Below are positions 32,154 to 42,005 of a DNA stretch of 64,000 bases, piece after piece. Within the stretch, counting starts at the first letter, position 1; each line of letters starts with the position of its first letter. The stretch is from an uncultured Verrucomicrobiota bacterium (GTDB lineage: Bacteria > Verrucomicrobiota > Kiritimatiellia > JAAZAB01), in NCBI GenBank assembly GCA_964617825.1, contig CAZTWL010000004.1:71546-135545 (forward strand), read 5' to 3'. A model generated the notes under the pieces. That model saw only the letters and a list, made by a program, of their open reading frames with translations. It was not told where the DNA came from and did no database searches. The translations under genes were made by a program, and so were the position numbers.

Positions 32154-32278
32154 TTTGTGCTTGGTTTCCCGGGCGAATTCATGCTAAAAACCATGCGGCT
32201 TTTGGAAAACGACCGTGCACCGGCTCCAGTTCCCATTTTCAAGATATGAACGGCCAAGCCTTTCAGGAAATTAATCTT

Positions 32279-35200
32279 ATGGCAGGCAGATCGATTGTCC
32301 GCGCGGGAATCCGGCTTTGTACACTCGGGCTGATTGTCTTGGGCTTGGCTGTTTTCAGTCCGGCCGCCGAACCGGGAACTCCGGATGAAACACAGTGGCG
32401 CTTGACGAGCGACCAGTTGACGGATGCGCCGAGCCTGTTCCTCAAATTGCGCGACGCCGACGATCCGCTTTCCGCCTATCTTCAGGATGCCTGCTCGGCG
32501 GACACGCGCCGACTTCTTGAAAATTATCAGGCGGGCGCCGAGCCTTCCGAAGAACTGACCCGGTCCGTATTGGACGATCTCAACCGCATCATCGGCCAGG
32601 CCACGCTTTTCGACAAGGATCTTTTTGGCGACATCGCGCTTTCGGCACGAACCCAGGCGCTACTGGATCAAAAAGCCGAAGACGTGGATCGGCCCCAGCT
32701 CAACCGGCGGTTGTTGGAAGACGCATATTCCAACGATATCGCCCCGGCATGGATACTGCCCTGTTTCATGACGGACAAGGACCTGCTGGACCCGCGTTCC
32801 TTTGCGCTCAGCCTGCAGGCAGGCAAGGACCCTGTATCGCGTTACCTGCGCGACAGTCTGAAACCCGACGTCCGGCGGCAGGTGATGGAATATACCGGCG
32901 CAGCGCCGCCGGCCCCGCCGCTGCTGAATGCCCTGATAGCGGCTATGAATGCGGCGATCCTCAGCGACACCTTGTATGACAAGGACCGATTCGCCGGCGT
33001 ATCCCTTGAAAAGAAAACCAAGCAGAGCATCGACCAGAAGCCGGAAGGCGAAGCCCGATCCACGATGAACCGCCTTCTCCTTGAGGACGCCTATCCGAAA
33101 TTCATTCGCCGACACGTCCCCTCCCCGATTGAGGTGCAAGCCGACAGTCTGGAGTATGAGCACGAAAAAAACCTGATGATCGGAACAGGTCATGTGCTTG
33201 TTCGTCGAAACAACGAATCGTTGCGCGGCGATCATGCCATCGTCAACATGCAAAGCTACGATGTGCTGGCGGAAGGCAATGTAACCTTTGAACGCGACAG
33301 CGATATCTGGGTCGGCAACAAATTGCGCTATAATTTCAAAAGTCAAAAGGGCGACTTTGGCGGTTTCAACGCCTTTCTCGATCCGTTTTATGCCAAGGCC
33401 GATTCATCCCACCGGATCAGCGCCGATGAGTATCTGCTCCAAAACGCGACGTTGAGCACCTGCGAGGGCGCCCACCCGGAGGCTTATTTTCGCGCCAAGA
33501 AAGTATGGATTATACCCGGGCACCATGTCCGCGCCCAGCATGTCGTGCTCTACCTCAAAGGCATCCCCGTGATGTACAGCCCTTACTGGAACCAGAACAT
33601 CGGCGATAAGAACTTTATGAGCATCGTGCCCGGCTACAGCAGCCGGATGTATGCGTACCTGCTGACGACCTTCAACTACCGCATCAGCCAGCATGTCGAA
33701 GCCTCCTCGCACATCGACCTGCGCATGCGACGCGGCGTCGGCTTGGGCCAGGACATTATGTGGTCCGAAAGCGGCGACGCCAAGGAGCTTTCCACGGAGC
33801 GCAATATCGCCCAAAAGGACAACAACTTCTGGCACTATGGGCGAATGCTTCCGGACGAACAGGAAAAGGAACCGGCCAAAGAAGAGCGCTGGGCCGGCGA
33901 CCTCATCGCCTATTACACAGAAGATGCCTGGCCCGATGAAGGCGACACGCAGGAATATAAGATCGACAGCGAACGTTACCGCTTGCGGCTTTATCATAAC
34001 CAATCGTTCGACGACCAGAACTACCTGATGTCACAGATCAATTACCTGAGCGACCCGAAGATCATCGAGCAGTTCTTCCGCGAGGAATACAAAAATACGC
34101 CCGAACCCGACAATTACATCGTGCTTGGGCATCGCGCCGAACATTATACCGCCAGCCTGATGGTTGAAAAACGGCTTAACGACTTTTACACCACGGTGGA
34201 TCGCCTGCCTGAATTGAAACTGGATTTTTCACGCCAGCAAATCGGGAATACGCCGCTCTATTATCAGGGTGATACCGAAGCATCTTATCTCGAGAAAAAC
34301 TGGGAATCGATCCTCACCAACATGCAGGATTACGCCGCCGGGCGCTTCAACACGGCGCACATGATCTACTATCCGATCAAGATGGTCGGATTCCTGAACG
34401 TCATCCCGCGCGCCGGATGGCAAGGCACCTGGTATTCCGCGACGAAGGAAGACTACACGAACGTGACCACGGTCACGACCATCGGCACCAACAGCCAGCC
34501 GGCGACCTCTTCAACGACCAACGTCTTATACCGGGAGATGGGAGCGCGTTTCCGTTCCCTCCCGCAACTGGGCATGGAAACATCCTTCAAGGCCTTTAAG
34601 ATCTGGGAAACATATCCAGGCGATGTCATCAACAATGTCCGGCACATTGCCGAACCGTACGCCAATTATACTTTGACCCCCGAACCCAATGTAACGGCCG
34701 ACAACCTCTACCAATTCGACGACATCGATACGCTTGGCAAAGCCAACCAAATCCAATTCGGCATGCGCAATAAGATCCAGACCCAGCGCTACAACAGGCA
34801 GCAAATGAAGAGCCACTCCGTCTACGACCTGATCAACGCCGATGTATGGGTTATCTATCGCCTCGATTCCCAGCCAAACGAGAATATCTTCAGCAACATT
34901 TGTTTTGACGTGCGTTCAACTCCCTTCGACTGGCTGGCATTAAAAATCGACGGCGCTTACGATCAATATACCAACCAGGTGCAAACGATCAATACGCGCC
35001 TGGCGGTAAACGACGGGACGCTCTGGAGATATGCCATCGAGCACCGTTACAATAACGGCAGCAGCAGCCTGCTCAACAACGAACTCACGCTTTCCCCATT
35101 CATCAACTGGGAATACAGCATTTATGCGCGCTACGAATTCGAAGACTCCACCATGCAGGCTTGGGGCCTGACCGTCCAGCGAACTCTGGAATGCATCGCC

Positions 35201-35299
35201 TATAAAGTCGGCACCGAATTCGAAGATGACGAATATACCTTCTGGCTCCAATTCTGGTTCACTAAGTTCCCGAAAGCACGCATGGATATTGGGTTATAG
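32279..35299 (+). CDS. lptD: LPS-assembly protein LptD (OstA) with a long N-terminal extension containing an internal tandem repeat
   Basis: There is a signal peptide (MAGRSIVRAGIRLCTLGLIVLGLAVFSPAAEP). An OstA/LptA-like beta-jellyroll is present at ~aa 290-400 (VQADSLEYEHEKNLMIGTGHVLVRRNNESLRGDHAIVN). A large C-terminal beta-barrel follows, rich in aromatic residues and ending in an aromatic. Confidence 0.8.
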   Translation: MAGRSIVRAGIRLCTLGLIVLGLAVFSPAAEPGTPDETQWRLTSDQLTDAPSLFLKLRDADDPLSAYLQDACSADTRRLLENYQAGAEPSEELTRSVLDDLNRIIGQATLFDKDLFGDIALSARTQALLDQKAEDVDRPQLNRRLLEDAYSNDIAPAWILPCFMTDKDLLDPRSFALSLQAGKDPVSRYLRDSLKPDVRRQVMEYTGAAPPAPPLLNALIAAMNAAILSDTLYDKDRFAGVSLEKKTKQSIDQKPEGEARSTMNRLLLEDAYPKFIRRHVPSPIEVQADSLEYEHEKNLMIGTGHVLVRRNNESLRGDHAIVNMQSYDVLAEGNVTFERDSDIWVGNKLRYNFKSQKGDFGGFNAFLDPFYAKADSSHRISADEYLLQNATLSTCEGAHPEAYFRAKKVWIIPGHHVRAQHVVLYLKGIPVMYSPYWNQNIGDKNFMSIVPGYSSRMYAYLLTTFNYRISQHVEASSHIDLRMRRGVGLGQDIMWSESGDAKELSTERNIAQKDNNFWHYGRMLPDEQEKEPAKEERWAGDLIAYYTEDAWPDEGDTQEYKIDSERYRLRLYHNQSFDDQNYLMSQINYLSDPKIIEQFFREEYKNTPEPDNYIVLGHRAEHYTASLMVEKRLNDFYTTVDRLPELKLDFSRQQIGNTPLYYQGDTEASYLEKNWESILTNMQDYAAGRFNTAHMIYYPIKMVGFLNVIPRAGWQGTWYSATKEDYTNVTTVTTIGTNSQPATSSTTNVLYREMGARFRSLPQLGMETSFKAFKIWETYPGDVINNVRHIAEPYANYTLTPEPNVTADNLYQFDDIDTLGKANQIQFGMRNKIQTQRYNRQQMKSHSVYDLINADVWVIYRLDSQPNENIFSNICFDVRSTPFDWLALKIDGAYDQYTNQVQTINTRLAVNDGTLWRYAIEHRYNNGSSSLLNNELTLSPFINWEYSIYARYEFEDSTMQAWGLTVQRTLECIAYKVGTEFEDDEYTFWLQFWFTKFPKARMDIGL
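32435..33106 (+). repeat. in-frame tandem duplication (2 x ~102 aa) within the LptD N-terminal extension
   Basis: Repeat 1 is at 32435..32740 and repeat 2 at 32801..33106. Both follow the pattern DP(L/V)S.YL.D....D.RR...Y.....P...L...L.......L(F/Y)DKD.F........K....DQK.........NR.LLEDAY. Confidence 0.7.
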
Positions 35300-35379
35300 C
35301 CCATAAATGGTTGACGACGCCTCGCAAACTGCATTTGCCCCGCCGCTTCCATTATCCGTCGAACATTGTTCGTCAATTA

Positions 35380-36174
35380 TTATTCTTTTCGCGCCCGGAA
35401 ATAGGCCGCTTTATAACTGGCGTAAACGCCTTTATCCGCACGGTAGTGCTCTTCATAATCGCGCACAAGCCGGTGAAGGTCGGCGCGATTCAACGGCCGG
35501 CTGGACCGGGAGAGCGCCCCGCCGGTCAGGCCCTGTTCATGCAGCCGGCGCAAAAGGTCGCTTCCTGACGCATATGTCTGCCGCCTGGTTTCCTCGTGTT
35601 CTTCCTCGATGCGCATTCGGGCCTGAAGCAGCGCAGTCTTGACGGTCAAGGTCGTCGGCAAACTGCGGGCCGGCAGTTTATGCGGCGCCACGCGCTGGCG
35701 CGCTTCCTGCAATTCGGACAGCGTCCCTTGAACCATGAGGGCAAACACCAAACCACCCTGCCCGGCAAGCATGCCGGAAAGAATATCCATGACGCCGGAT
35801 AACGGATCCATCCAATGCAAGGCCGAACTGCTTACGATCAAGGCATACGGCGCTTCCGCACGAAATGTTTTTAAATCGACCGCATGGCAATGCAATCCAG
35901 GTGCGCCAGCCAAGCGCATGCGGCATTGCGCCACCATGCCGCCAGAGATATCGATGGCGTCAATCCGCGCATGCGGGAACAAACGGCACAGATGCGTGGT
36001 CAACAACCCCGTGCCGCAGCCGATCTCAAGAATGCGCTCCGCACCATCGTATCCCGCCAGCATAATGCTCAGGCGTTCAGCCACGGCGCGCTGGATTGTC
36101 GCGGAAGCATGATAGGTAGCGGACGCGGACGAAAATCGGGCCGCAAGTGGCAGGTGTTCGCACTTGATCGTCAT
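35380..36174 (-). CDS. bioC: malonyl-[ACP] O-methyltransferase BioC
   Basis: 264 aa class I SAM methyltransferase (ILEIGCGTGLLT) in a bioF-bioH-bioC arrangement. Confidence 0.75.
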   Translation of the reverse strand: MTIKCEHLPLAARFSSASATYHASATIQRAVAERLSIMLAGYDGAERILEIGCGTGLLTTHLCRLFPHARIDAIDISGGMVAQCRMRLAGAPGLHCHAVDLKTFRAEAPYALIVSSSALHWMDPLSGVMDILSGMLAGQGGLVFALMVQGTLSELQEARQRVAPHKLPARSLPTTLTVKTALLQARMRIEEEHEETRRQTYASGSDLLRRLHEQGLTGGALSRSSRPLNRADLHRLVRDYEEHYRADKGVYASYKAAYFRARKE

Positions 36175-36926
36175 GGGCCATCTTCCAGAAAAGCGCGAAT
36201 ATCATCCGCCACAAGCAAGGGCGCATGGATCGGCAAGCCGTGGCCATAATCCGCATAAGCACGCCAATTGCTGGCGGGCAAGCGGCGACTCAACCATTCG
36301 CCGGCCTGCCAAGGCACAATGCGGTCTTTCTGTCCGTGCAACACGAGGGTCGGAATCGTTTGTTTGTCAAGGTTATCGCGCAGATCAATATCTTGCAGAT
36401 AATCGAGTCCCTGCCGCAATTCATCGCGGTCCAGTTGCATAAAAAACCGATTCGTTGACAGTTCCGCACTCCCGGGATCAAGCTGTGGCGCATGTACCTG
36501 GGCATAATAAGCGGCAAACAGGTCGCCCGGAGCCCGCCGTAATCCAAGCGCCATGGCGCGCAGAACCGCAATATTGACACCGGCGGGCTCATCTGCTTCC
36601 GAGCAAAAACGCGCAGTCCCGCCAATGATTACAAGGCGCTGCAACAAAGCCGGATCCGCCCGCAAAGTTTCCAGAGCAATAATACCTCCCATGGACCAGC
36701 CGATGACGCCAACGCGCCCGCCAAAAGGCATGAGCCGACTGCGCAATCCTTGCGCATACCGCGAAAGACCGGAAGCTGGGGGCATGACAACCGCGGACTG
36801 GGTTTGCCACAACTCAGCGGTCGAGGTAACCTCTATCGAATACTCAGCCAAAGTCGCCTGCAAATGCCGCATGGCTTCGCCCGTATGCCCCCAACCGGCA
36901 ATTAAGATCAGCGGCAACTTCCTCAC
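36171..36926 (-). CDS. bioH: pimeloyl-[ACP] methyl ester esterase (alpha/beta hydrolase, BioH-like)
   Basis: 251 aa, opening LILIAGWGH, with a nucleophile elbow GWSMGG. It lies between bioF and bioC with 4-nt overlaps. Confidence 0.7.
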   Translation of the reverse strand: MRKLPLILIAGWGHTGEAMRHLQATLAEYSIEVTSTAELWQTQSAVVMPPASGLSRYAQGLRSRLMPFGGRVGVIGWSMGGIIALETLRADPALLQRLVIIGGTARFCSEADEPAGVNIAVLRAMALGLRRAPGDLFAAYYAQVHAPQLDPGSAELSTNRFFMQLDRDELRQGLDYLQDIDLRDNLDKQTIPTLVLHGQKDRIVPWQAGEWLSRRLPASNWRAYADYGHGLPIHAPLLVADDIRAFLEDGP

Positions 36927-38095
36927 AGCACCCCCTCTTTTCGCGCCGTGGCCGCGAGAATTTCCGCCGCATGCTCCAAATCGTCGGGCGTATGATCCAG
37001 AGTTATCGAAAGCCGCAAACGTGCCGTGCCCACCGGTACAGTCGGCGGACGGATGGCTACCGCCAGGACGCCTTGACTCCGTAAGCGGCGAGCAAACGCC
37101 ACAGTTTTCTGATTATCGCCGATAATTACCGGCACTATCTGACTGAGGGAACCACCGGTATTGAACCCGGCTGCCTGCAGGCGCTTGCGGAACATATCGG
37201 CCTGGCGCAGCAGCATGGCGCCCATACCAGGCTGTTTTTTCAGGACATCCAGCGCCCCCAGTACGGCGCCAACGCAGGGAGGAGGCAACCCCGTGCTGAA
37301 GATGAACGAACGCGCGCGATTCACCAGCCATCGCTTGAGGGTCTCCGACCCGGCTATGAATCCGCCATAGGCACCCAGCGCCTTGCTAAGCGTGCCCATG
37401 GCCACGCCTACGCCCGACTGCAGGCGCCATTCGCCAACCAGTCCGCTCCCGCCGGGCCCCCATATCCCCGTGGCATGCGCCTCATCCACCAGGAGCATGG
37501 CGCCATGTTCCTGCGCCACGCGCGCAATCTCGCGCAACGGCGCCAAATCGCCATCCATGCTGAACACCGACTCGGTTATAATGAGATCGCGACCGGATCC
37601 CGATTTTTGATTCAGAAGATGCGCAAGGTGATCGACATCATTGTGCTGGAATCGGTGAATCGCGGCTCGGCTGAGGCAGGCGCCATCGAGCAGGCTGGCA
37701 TGCGCCAACTTGTCGGCCAGAACACGGTCATGCCGATCGACCAGCGCTGCCACCGTACCGGCATTGGCAAGGTAGCCGCTCCCGAACACCAGCGCTGCCG
37801 CATAACCCTTAAATTGCGCCAGGCGGTTTTCCAGTTCCGCGTGACACGGCAAAGTGCCGACTACCAGCCGGGAGGCTGTGGCCCCGGCACCCCAGCGCCG
37901 CAAGGCGGCTGCGGCAGCCTCCACGACTTGCGGCGCACGCGCAAGCCCCAAATAATCGTTGCTGGAAAAATTAAGTATACGCCGGCCTTCGGCCATGAAT
38001 GCGCCGCCGGTATCCGTCCTGACCTGCAATTCACGTTCCAGCCCCTCAGCGCGCAAACCGGTCAATTCCGACTCCATCCAGGTTTCGTCAATCAT
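36923..38095 (-). CDS. bioF: 8-amino-7-oxononanoate synthase
   Basis: 390 aa PLP-dependent alpha-oxoamine synthase with a PLP lysine region (GTLSKALG), in biotin-operon context. Confidence 0.85.
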   Translation of the reverse strand: MIDETWMESELTGLRAEGLERELQVRTDTGGAFMAEGRRILNFSSNDYLGLARAPQVVEAAAAALRRWGAGATASRLVVGTLPCHAELENRLAQFKGYAAALVFGSGYLANAGTVAALVDRHDRVLADKLAHASLLDGACLSRAAIHRFQHNDVDHLAHLLNQKSGSGRDLIITESVFSMDGDLAPLREIARVAQEHGAMLLVDEAHATGIWGPGGSGLVGEWRLQSGVGVAMGTLSKALGAYGGFIAGSETLKRWLVNRARSFIFSTGLPPPCVGAVLGALDVLKKQPGMGAMLLRQADMFRKRLQAAGFNTGGSLSQIVPVIIGDNQKTVAFARRLRSQGVLAVAIRPPTVPVGTARLRLSITLDHTPDDLEHAAEILAATARKEGVL

Positions 38096-38303
38096 AATTC
38101 CATCCCGCTATCCATGAATTCCTATCCCCTGCCCCGCTAAATATCATCCAACAACGGCATGAATGACGAAGCCGAAGAAACTTTAATCTTCTAAATTCCT
38201 GGGAAATAAAACCGACGCAAACAAACCTCTCGATCAGACAGGATTTGTTTTATTGGAATTGCCTTAATCTTTGAGAGGTAGACGCGCCTGGAATGCGGAG
38301 TGA

Positions 38304-39407
38304 TCAAGTCACTTCAATCAGGCGGTATTGGGATTGCCCCACTCCATGCTGCTCGAGAGCATGAATTTGCAGGAACGGGTCCTTGCCATGAATCTGTTCA
38401 AACAAGTGACGTCCTTTCAGCAACCTCCGATTGCCGACCAGGCTTCCGGAAATAAAATGCCGCGATTCAATCGCCTTGAGCGTCGCCGTTTCGATGGCCA
38501 CCATGTCCCGAGAGACCATGACCCCAATATCTGGAACAATGCTGGGCGTGCTCATGCCCCAGCAGTCGCACAGCATAGAAATGTTCGTCAGCAGGTTGAC
38601 ATGAAGAATTCGCCTGGGATCAAAGGAATCCATAATGGTCTTGGTTGTCATGGCCATACCTGCCTGGAAACGGAGAGAACCGGCTTGGGCCTCGACTGCC
38701 AGTGCCCCGTGAGGACAAGCCATAACGCAGTGGGAACACAACCGGCAATCATGCCAGTTGAACGCCACCTTTTTCTTTTTTTTATCCATGCTGATCGCGC
38801 CGCTATCGCAGGCCTTGACACAACGGCCGCACAGGCGACAACGGTCTTTGATCCAGTTAATCCCCCCGCTGAGGCCATGCAGGCGTCCGCGCGTGGCCCG
38901 ATCCACGCATCCCATGGCAATGTTTTTGCAGGCTCCGCCGTAACTGCAAACACCGTGCCCCTTGATATGAGAAAAATTGATTATGCAGGGCGCGTCCCAA
39001 ATGACACCAAAAACGTTGATTTTATCCAGCCCAGGGAAATCCACCTCTCGCGTTACAATGTGCGAATCATAGGGGCCACCGGCAGAAACGATTGGACAAC
39101 CCAGCGATTCCGTCGTATAGCCACGTTCGGCCGCTGAGGCAATCGTACTGAACAGGCCATCCACAATAAACGGCCGGCCTCCCGCGGCCTTTACCGCCTT
39201 GACCACAACATTGACAAACACCGGATGGATCATGCTGTAGCCGAGATGGCTGCCCAGATGCATTTTGATTGGAACCCATGCGCCTTGACACAGCCGTGGC
39301 AGATCCACCTTGTCGAGAATGCGGCGCAACTTGGCCGGCAGCGTGGCCTCAGCATCCGCGCGGGCCACATGCGCTGATCCGAAATAAACTTTAGGAATCG
39401 ATGCCAT
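38304..39407 (-). CDS. DUF362 domain protein with two 4Fe-4S cysteine clusters (paralog of 5785..6927)
   Basis: CRLCGRCVKACDSGAI and CRLCSHCVMACPHGAL are present, with a DUF362-like N-terminus. The start was chosen at MASIPKV (AGGGAG upstream). Confidence 0.6.
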   Translation of the reverse strand: MASIPKVYFGSAHVARADAEATLPAKLRRILDKVDLPRLCQGAWVPIKMHLGSHLGYSMIHPVFVNVVVKAVKAAGGRPFIVDGLFSTIASAAERGYTTESLGCPIVSAGGPYDSHIVTREVDFPGLDKINVFGVIWDAPCIINFSHIKGHGVCSYGGACKNIAMGCVDRATRGRLHGLSGGINWIKDRCRLCGRCVKACDSGAISMDKKKKKVAFNWHDCRLCSHCVMACPHGALAVEAQAGSLRFQAGMAMTTKTIMDSFDPRRILHVNLLTNISMLCDCWGMSTPSIVPDIGVMVSRDMVAIETATLKAIESRHFISGSLVGNRRLLKGRHLFEQIHGKDPFLQIHALEQHGVGQSQYRLIEVT

Positions 39408-39617
39408 ATATTGAATCGATGCTCCCTGGTTGGTGTAATTTAAACAATTATTTCGCCCAGGCGCCAACGAGCGTTAGGCCGAGTTGCTAGTGACTAAAAA
39501 ACCCAAACAAAGCTCTTCCCGTCACGGTTAATATTGCAGGGATTACGTAACGGCGCAAGCCGAATCTGCCGGGTTGTCAGCGGAAAAATTACTTTATGCA
39601 TGCGGCCGGCATTAGAT

Positions 39618-40994
39618 CTACCAAAACACCCATGTTTTCACCGCCAAAGGCGGGATGTTGCCGCTCACTGACGTCGTGCCGAGAACGATTGCAAACCGCT
39701 TGAACATGCGTTCAGGATTTGCTGTAATGACGACAATCGTCCCATCGGGATTCCGGAAAGCAACATGTTCAGGCAACGTTTTACTTGCGAAGCTTGCGAG
39801 CCGCAAGGCGCCGCGCTTAACGAACCGCGTCAGCTGGGCCGAAATGTGATAGCCGCACGTTGTTCGCCATTTATTGGGAAAGAAACGTGGCGCGACAAGC
39901 GCCGGCAATGCATCTTCGCTGATCGGAACAAGCGTCTTCTCGCTCCCGCCGGAATACTGGTGCGGCCCACCGTATTCGTCCTGAATTGTTGTCCAGTGGT
40001 TGTGGCTGCGCGCGCCATTTCGAAGCGTGAGGATGATCTGCGCCATCCCCGCGATCGTATAGAGCGATTGCTCGGTGTGATACATGGGCAGGTTCGGGAA
40101 TTTCTTTGTCAGCACGCCCATTTCTGAGGGGTTGCCGCCATCGTAGCCGTGCCAGGCAACCGCGTCGATCACGGCGCGCGCCCGCCTGTCCGACACAAGC
40201 GGCAGCACCCATTTCTTTGCATAGCAGAAATTGTGATCGTGCGCCCATATCTGCGACTTGATTTTCTGCCGGCTGAATTCATCGCCCATCACGATCAAAA
40301 AGTCACGCATCGGCTTCCAGTCCATCCAAAGCGCTTGCGGCGTCCTGCGGCCATCGTCGCACAGCGGCTCGTTTTGCGGCGACACCGAAAGGATGGGAAT
40401 ACCTGCTTCCGCGTACGCCAGCACACATTTGCACAGGTACTTGGCATAAAGGCGGTAGTTGCAGGGCGGTATCGTTCCGTCGGTAATAAGTTTGTCGTTA
40501 TCCTTGAGCCACGCCGGCGGGCCCCAAACCGATGCAATTATTTTGAGTTCAGGATTTATGGCCAAGGACTGCCGGATGATCTGCAGATGCCCCCGCCGGA
40601 TGTCCTTTTGAATGGAAAAATGCGACAGCCGCGCGTCGTCGCGCTTGCCTTTGGGCATGTCATCATATGTGTAAAAACGCCAATTACGGTCCCAATCGGT
40701 GGAACCGAACGAAATACGCATAATGTTCCAGCCAGCTCCGGAAACCGGATCGAACAGGCTTCGCAAGGCAGCCTCACGGGCAACGCGACTCATGCGCATG
40801 AAATGATAGATTGCGGCATCGTTGAACATGCCTCCAAAACCCAGAATTGGCTGTTCTTGCCTGGCGACATCAACGGATATTTGCCTAATATCGCGGTCAG
40901 TTTCGGAGAGTGGACTTAGGTGGCACTCTTCACGAAACATGATTTTTGTCAGATCGCGGGTTGTGGTAAAGCATTCCGCTACTTTAAAAGCCAT
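39618..40994 (-). CDS. glycoside hydrolase family 30 (glucosylceramidase/xylanase-like)
   Basis: It has the N-terminal GFGG motif (ILGFGGMF) and TIM barrel plus beta-sandwich length typical of GH30. No signal peptide is evident. Confidence 0.6.
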   Translation of the reverse strand: MAFKVAECFTTTRDLTKIMFREECHLSPLSETDRDIRQISVDVARQEQPILGFGGMFNDAAIYHFMRMSRVAREAALRSLFDPVSGAGWNIMRISFGSTDWDRNWRFYTYDDMPKGKRDDARLSHFSIQKDIRRGHLQIIRQSLAINPELKIIASVWGPPAWLKDNDKLITDGTIPPCNYRLYAKYLCKCVLAYAEAGIPILSVSPQNEPLCDDGRRTPQALWMDWKPMRDFLIVMGDEFSRQKIKSQIWAHDHNFCYAKKWVLPLVSDRRARAVIDAVAWHGYDGGNPSEMGVLTKKFPNLPMYHTEQSLYTIAGMAQIILTLRNGARSHNHWTTIQDEYGGPHQYSGGSEKTLVPISEDALPALVAPRFFPNKWRTTCGYHISAQLTRFVKRGALRLASFASKTLPEHVAFRNPDGTIVVITANPERMFKRFAIVLGTTSVSGNIPPLAVKTWVFW

Positions 40995-41038
40995 ATAAAC
41001 TTTCTAGTTTGGCAGGAATCATTCTTGTATTTCAACCA

Positions 41039-41848
41039 TTATTTCTGAAGCACTCCCTTTTCATTCCGCCGGCATTGGCGGAAAACCCAGTCGACCAAGC
41101 CGGGCTCCTTGTAAGCGTAATTCCAGGCATCGTGTTCAACCTTTGCATATTCCGTATAGCGCGGGCTGCCCCCGGCTTTTTTAACGGCGGCAATCATGTT
41201 CCGGCTGCAGATTACTTTGACCACCGGATCCAGGGCGCCGTGAAAAGCCCAGATCGGAATATCCTTGATAATGGCGGCCTTGGTTTCATCGCCACCGCCA
41301 CATACCGGGACAGCAGCGGCAAACATGTCTGGGCGCCGGCAAATGACATCCCAGACTGCAAATCCGCCCATGGATTGGCCATGGACATAGATCCGATCCC
41401 GGTCAATTGGATAATCCGATAGGATTTTGTCGACAATTTCAAGGGCCATTCGCATTTCAGGCGTAATGGCCGGCTGATTATGCTCCGTTTTGCCCCAATC
41501 CGTGTCCACCCAGCGTCGTCCCGCCGGACACTGTGGCGCAACAACAAAACAAGGATGGCCGGCTTGAATCTTTGGGTCCGCGAACACTTTGCCATAGCCA
41601 GCCGTAACCTGCGCCAAATTATCGGCCCCAACACTTCCGGCGCCATGAAAGGCTACAACCAACGGATACTTTTTACCTTCCTGAATGTTGGTGGGGCAAA
41701 ACAAGCGGTATGGCAGCGTTCCGCCGTTTTTGGCTCCGTGGTCAAACGGTTTAAAACCATAGTCTTCATTGGCGGCCTGAACTACGGATAAGAGCGACAA
41801 TAATGTCAAACCGCTCAGGCCGGCCACCGTTATCCTTGACTCATTCAT
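41039..41848 (-). CDS. secreted alpha/beta-hydrolase carbohydrate esterase (PHB-depolymerase/feruloyl esterase-like)
   Basis: The start is at MNESRIT with a signal peptide. It has the GQSMGG nucleophile elbow. It is ~70% identical to the C-terminal ~270 aa of the 1216-aa protein at 47416..51066. Confidence 0.7.
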   Translation of the reverse strand: MNESRITVAGLSGLTLLSLLSVVQAANEDYGFKPFDHGAKNGGTLPYRLFCPTNIQEGKKYPLVVAFHGAGSVGADNLAQVTAGYGKVFADPKIQAGHPCFVVAPQCPAGRRWVDTDWGKTEHNQPAITPEMRMALEIVDKILSDYPIDRDRIYVHGQSMGGFAVWDVICRRPDMFAAAVPVCGGGDETKAAIIKDIPIWAFHGALDPVVKVICSRNMIAAVKKAGGSPRYTEYAKVEHDAWNYAYKEPGLVDWVFRQCRRNEKGVLQK

Positions 41849-42005
41849 ATCGTTTCCTGTTTTGGTTTTTATCCAACACGGATTTGACGCTAGGCTGAAA
41901 TCATCACCACGGTGGTTGATAAATCGGAAAAAGCAATTCCAAACAAGCGCCATCCGCGGCATACTTCTTTATGTATAACTGTTTCCAATATGCAAAAACA
42001 CAAAA

